From positions 33,705 through 97,704 of the IMG/VR virus record IMGVR_UViG_3300009164_000047: DNA of 64,000 bases; one strand, written 5' to 3'. The translations under genes were made by a program, and so were the position numbers. This document shows positions 20,401 to 28,700 of the stretch, piece after piece; position 1 is the stretch's first letter; the number at the start of each line of letters is the position of its first letter. The notes under the pieces are model-generated. The model did no database searches, was not told where the DNA came from, and worked only from the letters and a program-made list of their open reading frames with translations. This DNA comes from a virus.

Positions 20401-21194
20401 TGAGTAATATATATCCAATATTGTCTTTACCAAACAATACTTATACCTTTACTGGTGTTTCAAATAATATATATGGTGACGGGCCTGCAGGTACTGCATC
20501 ATCTCCGTTTATTGTTAATAACAGTCAAATAGCATGGGTTAATACAAGTACAGTAAATGCAATCAGCACAACATGGACAGTACCTGCAGGTGTTTATTCT
20601 ATTAGTGCAGTTGTAATAGGAGGGGGCGGAGGAGGAGGATATAAATCGGGCGGAGGCGCCGGTGGTGGTGGAGGAGGAGGATTGACTTATGCTAATAACA
20701 TCACTGTTAATCCAGGGGAAGTTTTAACAATACGTGTTGCATTTGCAGGTGCATTCGCTACTGCATCGCTATCTCCTGGATATGGTGGAAGCTCATCAAT
20801 TACCAGAGCCTCTGCAACTGTTTTAATTACTGCTAGTTCAGGGTATGCAGGCTCTCAAAATGCTAGTACCGCTGGTGCTCAGGGCGTTGGAGGGAACGGA
20901 ACAATAGTAAACGGTTCTGGATTAAATGTTGAAGGTGAAACTGTAACCGGGTATAGTGGTAAAGCAGGTAACGGAGGAAGCGGCACTACAAATGGTCAAG
21001 GTGGTAGTGCGGCTACGTATACAGCACAACCGACTACTACTCTTGTAGGTATAAGTGAACTAGGTAGTGCAGTATCCGGAGTAAACGGTGTAGGTGGTAG
21101 TAGCGGTTCTAATGGTGGTCCGGGTGTCGTGCGAATTGTATGGCCAGGAGAATTTAGAAAATATCCAGATACAAACGTTAGTACAAATCTTTAA
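17427..21194 (+). CDS. Fibre/adhesin protein: FN3 domains, three LamG/ConA-like lectin modules, Gly-rich C-terminus
   Basis: FN3 motifs (PGAP..YTAP...YTFT...N.YG), LamG motifs ([FW][ST]IE.W...H.A..RD...IF.[ND]G...GxISNLRI) and TWTVPAGVYSISAVVIGGGGGG. Late motif upstream. Confidence 0.8.
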   Translation: MSFTLSDGGVQISNISILGPTPGAPGITAATQIGIGQVQIDYTAPIYKGASIITRYFVVSSPGNITASITTFTSGSIVLSGLTDRQIYVFVVYAENSYGFGATAISSPVQIYPAKPDEPIIVSVSQQGWGANISYTAPLLTGLSQIQSYTGISTPGSITKTVNQSGSGYLVIGDNTTKLTLGTPYTFTAHATNSYGDSIESIASNSLTLTRPTVDGPTLVPSTYQTDLNVYLTVIPPTRTAVQAPVTTYSVTFNGGTTTGSSSSTRTVSSSILACRTAAPTVESAGPYTLTVGGIAAIPVSTTYPNSYVYPYSPFMGAIASNFNGSNYLIGPTKRRLINTGPFSIECWIKPANPVSGTDQCIVQNFDWNGGNNSGFILWLTGSGKIRLEATDGVFSLTIPTQPTVIESNYALPANTLYALRFTNTATNGSQMITGPLTQAILTVGPFTIEAWIKPNQPSVAVNMLVVENARWSAGNAGGFRVYVTTANTIRLDAVNGTWNSFPTVLTSTTSIPNGDYTHVAITRDNNNDIRIFLNGVVDVSTVNNSSNFSNIAYSSGTGGLGTLRIGASQSDSTYPNPFQGFISNLRIVPGVAVYTVSFTVPNFLLSATQSSSTNIAAIGPVIPSDGYSVLFNPNINAKQYLTVPYNSIFDIPTDTQWTIECWVLTSSTNAFIIANRNWNYGSGGPTWGFSLQGGVTPQWDIAGSGSASFVLATSTLSGTLGRWNHYAFTRDSNNDCRIFVNGQVGVTRNDNRAMTNAAGPVFIGVASNLSNSSYSSGHISNLRIVKNQALYTTNFTPSTSPLTRTSQGAIASNVILVICQGNTLSDNGTGNSGSTFTLSAFGNINYVNTPIITKHYSPFGTQAVLLAGQSSSATTDNSGLSPLSGGAGGVVLFQNKWYHIAVSRDIYNVVRIFVDGVADTNTVTYPASLSLRATQSVGNPGPTFRIGARVKDSSVSNNYTGLLSDLRIIQGYYRSINFSLPTELSNASETLSNIYPILSLPNNTYTFTGVSNNIYGDGPAGTASSPFIVNNSQIAWVNTSTVNAISTTWTVPAGVYSISAVVIGGGGGGGYKSGGGAGGGGGGGLTYANNITVNPGEVLTIRVAFAGAFATASLSPGYGGSSSITRASATVLITASSGYAGSQNASTAGAQGVGGNGTIVNGSGLNVEGETVTGYSGKAGNGGSGTTNGQGGSAATYTAQPTTTLVGISELGSAVSGVNGVGGSSGSNGGPGVVRIVWPGEFRKYPDTNVSTNL

Positions 21195-21304
21195 GTGTTT
21201 ACACTGGGTAAAAACAATGATTTTCTCTATGTTATTTTTGATTTTTCCGTGTATAATAACGATATATACTATGACAGTATGTCAAACTTAACCAGGAGAA
21301 AACT

Positions 21305-21376
21305 ATGTGGACAAAACCAACAGCATCTGATATGCGTTTCGGATTTGAAATCACGATGTATATTGCTAACCGCTAA
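21305..21376 (+). CDS. pqqA: Pyrroloquinoline quinone precursor peptide PqqA ([23 protein letters not shown])
   Basis: 23 aa with the PqqA signature W-x-x-P...R-x-G-F-E-x-x-x-Y, where E and Y are the PQQ-forming residues. AGGAG RBS and own terminator. Confidence 0.93.
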   Translation: MWTKPTASDMRFGFEITMYIANR

Positions 21377-21391
21377 TATATATTGAAATCA

Positions 21392-21418
21392 AAAAAAGGG
21401 CACTAGTTGCCCTTTTTT
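21392..21418. terminator. Terminator after pqqA (bidirectional form)
   Basis: AAAAAAGGGCA-CTAGT-TGCCCTTTTTT. Confidence 0.85.
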
Positions 21419-21454
21419 CTTTACTGCTTCTGAATAATCATATATACTATTAAC

Positions 21455-21742
21455 ATGAGTACTGAACAAGACAAATTCAACCATTCTAAGCGTTTACTCA
21501 AGGATGAGAACGCCATTAAAAAGCAAACTAGGATTGCTAAATCAGCAGGCATAAAAGTTGACGAACCACATAAGTTTGCCAAACATCATGCATTAGACTG
21601 TGGTAATCCAGAATGTTTTTTATGCGGTAATCCTAGAAAAACACATAAAGATAAGCTAACTCAACAAGAGAAACGTTTATTTCAAGATGTAGAACAAGAG
21701 CGTGATAAACGCAGTAATGGTCTACCAAAAAGTGAAGAATGA
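21455..21742 (+). CDS. Basic hypothetical protein with a His/Cys cluster
   Basis: HHALDCGNPECFLCGNPRK, a possible Zn site. Confidence 0.65.
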   Translation: MSTEQDKFNHSKRLLKDENAIKKQTRIAKSAGIKVDEPHKFAKHHALDCGNPECFLCGNPRKTHKDKLTQQEKRLFQDVEQERDKRSNGLPKSEE

Positions 21743-21808
21743 GACAGTAATATTTCTGTCACATTTTTACTAATAAATACATAATCATTTAAACACTAAG
21801 GAGATAAA

Positions 21809-22372
21809 ATGAGATTTACAAAATTAGCAGTAACATTCGCATCACTATTGATTGCAGGTTCAGTATTTGCTGGAGGCTATGCATCATTGGAATATTATGA
21901 TGAAAGCAATCGTCTAACCGGTGCAGACAACATTAAAGAAGCATTGGTCATCGGTAACAAAGTTGGTGACACAGACTATAGTCTTAAAATGGAAAACAGC
22001 CAAACAGAATTTGGCAGTGGTTCTATTACACAAGGTCTTGAAGTTCGTGTAAAACAATCTTTTGGTGACAAGGGTGGTATCCGTCCTTACTTGGGTGTTC
22101 GCCTGGGTGAAAAAGTATCTAGTTCAACTAACTTTAGTCACTATGCTTTTGATGCAGGAGTCAAGATTCCTCTAGGCGCAGGTTTTACCGGTGATGTTGG
22201 TGCTCGTTATCGTGATGCATTTGATACATCAAACAGTTACACCACACAACGTGCTCACCTTGCAATTGGTTATGAATTAACTAAACAAGACGCAATTGCA
22301 GTTCGCTGGAGCCGTAGCTGGGGTGATGAAGAAAAAGACGCAGTACGTTTACAGTACACACGTAGTTTCTAA
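21809..22372 (+). CDS. Outer-membrane beta-barrel (porin-like) protein
   Basis: Signal peptide ending VFA, alternating amphipathic strands, C-terminal BAM-type signal LQYTRSF. AAGGAG RBS. Confidence 0.8.
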   Translation: MRFTKLAVTFASLLIAGSVFAGGYASLEYYDESNRLTGADNIKEALVIGNKVGDTDYSLKMENSQTEFGSGSITQGLEVRVKQSFGDKGGIRPYLGVRLGEKVSSSTNFSHYAFDAGVKIPLGAGFTGDVGARYRDAFDTSNSYTTQRAHLAIGYELTKQDAIAVRWSRSWGDEEKDAVRLQYTRSF

Positions 22373-22431
22373 TCAGTATTTAAAAAATCGACCGCAACGA
22401 TTGAGCGGAGCTGAAACCCGTAATCAGCACT

Positions 22432-22453
22432 AGGACCCGAAAGGGTCTTTTTT
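22432..22453 (+). terminator. Rho-independent terminator
   Basis: AGGACCC-GAAA-GGGTCTTTTTT. Confidence 0.85.
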
Positions 22454-22454
22454 A

Positions 22455-22483
22455 TTGACAAAAATACCTTGATATGTTATAAT
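22455..22483 (+). promoter_or_regulatory. Sigma70 promoter
   Basis: TTGACA-N17-TATAAT with extended TG. Confidence 0.85.
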
Positions 22484-22489
22484 CTTGCT

Positions 22490-22744
22490 ATGAAGATAGA
22501 AAAAGCAACTGATTGGCAAGATGTGCATACTAAACTGCGTAGTCAAATGCTTAGTATTGGATACAATCCTGATTTGCAACGTATGCTTAACAACATTACT
22601 AATATGGTAAGTGAGTTAAGTAACCTAGAAGTAGATGCTAGACGTACACGCATAGAACATTATGCAAAGGAAAAGGTCAATGAAGTTAATAAAGCCATTG
22701 ACCATTTAGAAAAGTTATTGTTGATAGCACAGTTAATGCGTTAA
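22490..22744 (+). CDS. Helical hypothetical protein (MKIEKATDW...)
   Basis: ATG 7 nt after the -10 box (leaderless); coiled-coil-like. Confidence 0.65.
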   Translation: MKIEKATDWQDVHTKLRSQMLSIGYNPDLQRMLNNITNMVSELSNLEVDARRTRIEHYAKEKVNEVNKAIDHLEKLLLIAQLMR

Positions 22745-24099
22745 TGTTTCTTTACATCAACTAATAAATCAAAACCAACTTGTTGTATTTCCATGTCAAA
22801 GTTATGTTCTTTGGCAATATGTTCAAATACTTTCTTACTGAACCCAGTACGGTGTATCATAAAGTCAACCCGATTCTTATGTACACTATGACGATGACCG
22901 TAGATAATATCAATAGGACTAATTGGTCCACCAGCACTTTCATATACAACGTCAAGTAAATCACCTGATGCAATCTTTTCACCTATAACTTGTAGGTTAG
23001 GTGTCAATATTCTAACATATCCATCGGGCTTGCACACACGCAATAACTCACTGATAACACTAGGTACTTTAAAGTAATCAATATGTTCAATCATATGTGA
23101 AGTGTAAGCACAATCTACATAGTTATTTGGTATATGACTTATATCAGTTACATCAGCTAGTATATCTGGATTAAACTTATTATCAATATCCAATGATATC
23201 TCACGCATATCTTCAAATACTTCAGTATACAATAAATCTTTAATTGCTATACCGCCAAACCCAACGTTCAATACAGTCTTATCAGTTGTTGGTTGTAATG
23301 TTTCAGGTCTATCATATCTATCCCACCATTCACGCCAATTCATTTGGTCATCTTCTTCTGTATCATATTGCATATGTAATGCAAGACTTGGAATAGGAAC
23401 AAATAAATAATAGCCGCGCTTTCTAAACAATTGGTTGATAGTATTATCTTCCATTTTACTAGTAACCTCATGTTTGCCCATTGCTTCAAACACATCCCAA
23501 TTGTCTTTGATAACTTGATGATGTACCATAAAACAACTAGCAGTCATGGGCAATGTACGCCAATGACGTCCTTGTCTACGAATGATATGACTTTGTACTG
23601 CTGTGTTTTCTGGTATATACTTATATGGATCGTCATATGGATAGATACTAGTAAAGTTACCCAATGCACCGCTGGTAAACATCATTGTTTGAATCATATC
23701 ATAAATTGCAGTGGTGTCGTATAAATAATCATCTTGTGCAAAGTACACAATCTCTTTTCCATAATCACGACCGTGTTCATAGCAACGTAGTATGCTTGGC
23801 ATGATACCATACGTATCAAGTGCAATGAATTGTGTTTTAAATGTAGCGATATTGAGATTGTTTTTAATCTCATTCACAATTGACGCATCACTATGGTCAT
23901 CAAATACAACTAATTCAAATGTGCTATCTAAGTATAATTCCTTAGCATAGTTCATTGTCTCTACTAAACTACGTGTGCAACGTCTTGTTATCTCACCTTT
24001 GGGTGCTTTAACAAAACGTTCATTCTGATTCATTCCTAGATAGTGCTGGCTATCACCTTTGCTATGTGTTTGTAATACTACTAATACATTTATTCCCAT
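22741..24099 (-). CDS. GT2-like glycosyltransferase fused to a class I SAM methyltransferase
   Basis: VVFDDHS and YFAQDDY (GT-A); VLNVGFG, SHMIEH and LRVCKPDG (methyltransferase). Confidence 0.8.
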   Translation of the reverse strand: MGINVLVVLQTHSKGDSQHYLGMNQNERFVKAPKGEITRRCTRSLVETMNYAKELYLDSTFELVVFDDHSDASIVNEIKNNLNIATFKTQFIALDTYGIMPSILRCYEHGRDYGKEIVYFAQDDYLYDTTAIYDMIQTMMFTSGALGNFTSIYPYDDPYKYIPENTAVQSHIIRRQGRHWRTLPMTASCFMVHHQVIKDNWDVFEAMGKHEVTSKMEDNTINQLFRKRGYYLFVPIPSLALHMQYDTEEDDQMNWREWWDRYDRPETLQPTTDKTVLNVGFGGIAIKDLLYTEVFEDMREISLDIDNKFNPDILADVTDISHIPNNYVDCAYTSHMIEHIDYFKVPSVISELLRVCKPDGYVRILTPNLQVIGEKIASGDLLDVVYESAGGPISPIDIIYGHRHSVHKNRVDFMIHRTGFSKKVFEHIAKEHNFDMEIQQVGFDLLVDVKKH

Positions 24100-25269
24100 T
24101 TAAATAAACCAAGTTATAATACTGTATCGTGTGCCTTTAGTTACAGGCATTATTTCATGTGGGTACATAAAGTTACTAGGGAACATTAATACGCTACCCT
24201 TTTTAAGAAAAACTTTCTTTTCTCTATCCCAAAAAGCAAACTCACCGCCTTCATAGTCATCATTTATTGCAAATGAACAACTAACTGCTCTCGGTTGTTT
24301 TAAGAAACTATCAGTATGCTGGATGTAAAATTGTCCTTCATTATATCTTAACAGTTCATAGCCACTATCTTGATCTATTCTAGCTTCTGGAAAAACTTCA
24401 TTATACTTTTGAATTGCAGTAGCGGCAGCTTTAAATAATTCTTCATCTAATGCTTTTCTTATTTCAGGATTTTGCTGAATAACAGCTTGGAAACTTAATC
24501 CAATGGTATCAGTATTCCGTATCTTTGTATCAAGAACTCCTGCACCTATAATAGTTGGTTGCCAGTCATTGCTATTTACATACTCACTTAAAATCCTATC
24601 ACAAAGGTCATCGGAAACAATATTTTCAAATACTTGTATATAATCTTCAATATTCTTTTTGTATTCTACTTTGGGTAACATGACTTCTTTTGTAGCTTCT
24701 GTTCGTTTTTCCATTACTAATTTTTTTGTTTCTTTATCTTTGTTATCAAAGAATGCATAATTTCTATCACCCCTACTACGTACATAATGCAAAAATACTT
24801 GAACATATTCTTGCCCTTGAAATTGTTCACGCCAGTGTTCGGCTTCACAACCCAAATACATCATAGCATCTCCGGATTTTAAATTTAATGATACCTCTTC
24901 ACCGTTTGGTTTTTTAATATAGATGGGCCATTCTGCGTCACCAGCTAAGTGTAGTGTTAAACTAATTTCACACGCATCCCTATCTTTGTGAATTTTTAAA
25001 TCACTGCCTTCTTTATATACTCTTGCATAGGTGTATGTTGGTAACACTGGCTCACCCAAAAAATTATTAATCTGGGGTGTTCTTTCACATAACAATTCTA
25101 AAAAGTCTATATAATTGTAAACTGCATGAGAATTTTCAACTTGAGTGTCACCGGGTAAATTTTCTTCAATACAATAATTTATGAATTTGTTATATAAATG
25201 ATTTGCATGATCCTGTGATATAAAATTAGGGATGTATAGATAGTTATTGTCTATTAATTTCTGATTCAT
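24100..25269 (-). CDS. Tandem two-domain 2OG-Fe(II) oxygenase (prolyl-hydroxylase-like)
   Basis: Domain 1 HKDR...HWR; domain 2 HTD...YEGGEF...FPSNFMYPH..PVTKGTRYS. Confidence 0.85.
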   Translation of the reverse strand: MNQKLIDNNYLYIPNFISQDHANHLYNKFINYCIEENLPGDTQVENSHAVYNYIDFLELLCERTPQINNFLGEPVLPTYTYARVYKEGSDLKIHKDRDACEISLTLHLAGDAEWPIYIKKPNGEEVSLNLKSGDAMMYLGCEAEHWREQFQGQEYVQVFLHYVRSRGDRNYAFFDNKDKETKKLVMEKRTEATKEVMLPKVEYKKNIEDYIQVFENIVSDDLCDRILSEYVNSNDWQPTIIGAGVLDTKIRNTDTIGLSFQAVIQQNPEIRKALDEELFKAAATAIQKYNEVFPEARIDQDSGYELLRYNEGQFYIQHTDSFLKQPRAVSCSFAINDDYEGGEFAFWDREKKVFLKKGSVLMFPSNFMYPHEIMPVTKGTRYSIITWFI

Positions 25270-25270
25270 A

Positions 25271-25618
25271 TTATTCTAATAAATTATTGTCTGAGGTTCT
25301 GTCAACTATTAATTGTTTTTTCAATTCGTTCATATCGTTTGTTGCGGCAGCAAGCAATACTCTATGACTAGCTTCATTAGCTTTAACCATTTCATTTCTA
25401 AAGCTTTCGACTGCGGCGCCAGTTGAACGTTGTTGACCTGAATTTTCAATTAATAGCATTGGGATTAATGCAACTGTGCAGTTCCATTCATCTACACGTT
25501 TGCCTGTGTTCATGTCGTAGCCTTCTACTTTAACGAACCAGGCACAGTCTAATCCAATACATTCTTTTTTGAAGATTGGGCAAAGATTTTTTCTTTTTAA
25601 TTCCATAGTATGTCTCAC
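25271..25618 (-). CDS. Cys-rich hypothetical protein, fibre-associated
   Basis: CP...C....CAWF...C followed by a coiled coil (AAVESFRNEMV). Confidence 0.6.
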   Translation of the reverse strand: MRHTMELKRKNLCPIFKKECIGLDCAWFVKVEGYDMNTGKRVDEWNCTVALIPMLLIENSGQQRSTGAAVESFRNEMVKANEASHRVLLAAATNDMNELKKQLIVDRTSDNNLLE

Positions 25619-25704
25619 TTATGTTAGTGATATATTTACTGTGTAAAAAGAAACCCAAATAATTTTATGTATCGACTATGTTAGTATTTGGATATTCCCT
25701 ATGT

Positions 25705-28700
25705 TCATAATCCAAATCGTTTTTTAAACCTATTAAAGTTTGTAGTAACTTCTTCTGCCGATAAAGCACGATTGTATACCGCAACTTGATTAATTCTTGC
25801 ACTAGCATACTCATTAGCAATGGCATCACCGCCAACATAGAATGGCATAGCAGTAGTCCTAAAAGTTGGTTGATCGGCATCACGTACTCCTACCTGTATG
25901 CCATTTACATACAGTTTCATATTAGCTGTTCCACTTTGTGACCCATCATAGACCGCTGTGATATTTTGCCATGTGTTGAGAGTGAACATATAGTATATTT
26001 CAGCGGGAGACATCTCAAATTTCTGTGTGGTTAATTTGTAAAACGTAGATCCTACAGCTCTATAACCCATTAAAAGACTAGAATCAGAGTTTGTAACAGG
26101 ATAAACCCATATACTCCAGGTAAATGCTGTGGATGCTGATTGTATCGGAGTTTGATAGGCAGGTGTCCCGCTAAAAATAACTCTTTTCGCCTCGCTACTT
26201 ACAAAACTAAAATAACTACTATCAGTTGCCGAAGTAAATGCAGGACCAGTATAAAGTTGACTAGAACCAATATGTAGTAAACCATCAGTTCCGTTACCAC
26301 TCAAATCTTTCCAAGTTTGTCCTGTTCCTGAATAACTTGAAGATTTTCCTGCATCCAAATAAAGTTGTAACCCGGAAGAGATGGGTGTTGATGTACTGGT
26401 ATCTCCAATAGAAACAGCGTTAATACCAGAGCTACTAGTACTAGTAATTACCGGGGTACTGGTATAACTGGTTTCACGAATCTCTAACATAAAAAATTCA
26501 GTTCCCTCTGTTGTTAGATCCGCAATAGCAGTTCGAGTAATAACAGCTTGGTTATTCTGTACTGTGACTGTACCCTGAAGCAGACCGTCTGTGAAATCAT
26601 CAGCGGAAACAGCGTAACCGGGGTACGCATAAGTGGTCCAATATAATGTTGTACCGTTGGCAACGTTGGTGGTGGTCAGAGTAAATGTTGCCGTATAATT
26701 ACCTTCGGATATATACCAGTTAAGTGACAAATTATCGGTTACTCCAATGAATGATACATATGCTGGTGTAGGTGTTGTACTTGTATCATTAATAGTAACA
26801 GTATTACTTGTAGCAACCACATCTCCGATAACACTGACTGTTCTAATACTAACTGTAAATGTTTCTGCACCCTCGGTAGTTAAATCAGCAGTGGGTGTTA
26901 CTGAGAAAGAGCCAGTATTAGATGTAATTGTAAATGACCCATTAATGGTAGAAAAGTCACCTGAGTTAGTAGCAATAGTCCAATATAATGTTGTGCTATT
27001 AGCTACATTGGTAGTAGTAACATTAAATGTACCAGCACTACCTTCATTGATTGATGTGGGTATTACTCCAAATGCATATGTGGGGCTAGTACTAGTATCA
27101 TTGATAGTAACATTATTACTTGTAGCAACCACATTAACAAACTGACTGTCGGTACTAATTTTAACAATGAATGTTTCATTTCCTTCTGTAGTGATATCTG
27201 CTGTTGGTGTTACTGAAAAAGAACCAGTATTAGATGTAATAGTAAATGACCCGTTAATGGTAGAAAAGTCACCTGAGTTAGTATATACAAACCAATATAG
27301 TATAGTGCTATTAGCTACATTGGTAGTAGTAACATTAAATGTACCGGAGCTACCTTCATTGATTGATGCGGGTATTACTCCAAATGCGTATGTGGGCGGG
27401 GGAGTAATGCTAGTATCATTGATAGTAACAGTATTACTTGTAGCAACCACATCTCCGGTAACACTGACTTTTCTAATACTAACAGTAAATGTTTCGTTTC
27501 CTTCCGTAGTTAAATCAGCAGTGGGTGTTACTGAGAAAGAGCCAGTATTAGATGTAATTGTAAATGACCCATTAATAGTAGAAAAATCACCTGAGTTAGT
27601 AGCTATAGTCCAAAATAGAATGGTTGCGTTAGCTACGTTAGTAGTTGTAACATTAAATGTACCGGCGCTACCTTCATTGATTGATGTGGGTATTACTCCA
27701 AATGCATATGTGGGGTCAGTACTAGTATCATTGATAGTAACAGTATTACTTGTAGCAACCACATCTCCGGTAACACTGACTTTTCTAATACTAACTGTAA
27801 ATGTTTCATTTCCTTCTGTAGTGATATCAGCAGTGGGTGTTACTGTAAAAGAACCAGTATTAGATGTAATTATAAATGAACCTTTAAAATCTCCAAAGTC
27901 ACCTGAGTTAGTAGCTATAGTCCAATATAATGTTGTGCCATTAACAACATTGGTTGTTATGACATTAAATGTACCAGCACTACCTTCATTGATTGATGTG
28001 GGTATTACTCCAAATGCATATGTGGGGTCAGTACTTGTATCGTTAATTGTTACTGGTAAACTAGTAGCAACTACATTAATAAACTGATTGTCGGTACTAA
28101 TTTTAACAATAAATGTTTCGCTTCCTTCTGTAGTAGCATCCAATGTCGGTGTTACTGAGAACGAGCCAGTATTAGATGTAATTGTAAATGACCCGTTAAT
28201 GGTAGAAAAGTCACCTGTGTTAGTATCTACAAACCAATATAGAATGGTTGCGTTAGCTACGTCAGTAGTAGTAACATTAAATGTACCGGCGCTACCTTCA
28301 TTGATTGATGTGGGTATTACTCCAAATGCATATGTAGGCGGGCTAGTACTTGTATCATTGATAGTAACAGTATTACTTGTAGCAACTACATCTCCGATAA
28401 CACTGCCTATCCTGATTTTAACAGTAAATGCCTCCGCACCCTCGGTAGTTAAATCAGCAGTGGGTGTTACTGAAAAAGAACCAGTATTATTTGTAATGAT
28501 AACTGAACCATTAATAGTAGAAAAGTCACCTGCGTTAGTAGCTAGAGTCCAATATAGTGTGGTGCCGTTGATAATATTAGTTGTAGTAACATTAAATGTA
28601 CCAGCACTACCTTCATTTATTGATGCGGGTATTACTCCAAATGCATATGTGGGGTATGTTGGATCTATTAATGTAATTGTTGGAGTTTGAGCAAATACAG

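Noticed and set aside
21094-21386. ORF-track calls 21094-21291 and 21195-21386
   Set aside because: They lack an RBS and overlap the promoter region and the much better supported pqqA frame.
26775-28655. Tandem array considered as a CRISPR array or DGR template/variable repeat
   Set aside because: Units are ~312 bp, in frame and lack unique spacers. Differences are not adenine-specific and no reverse transcriptase is present in the window.
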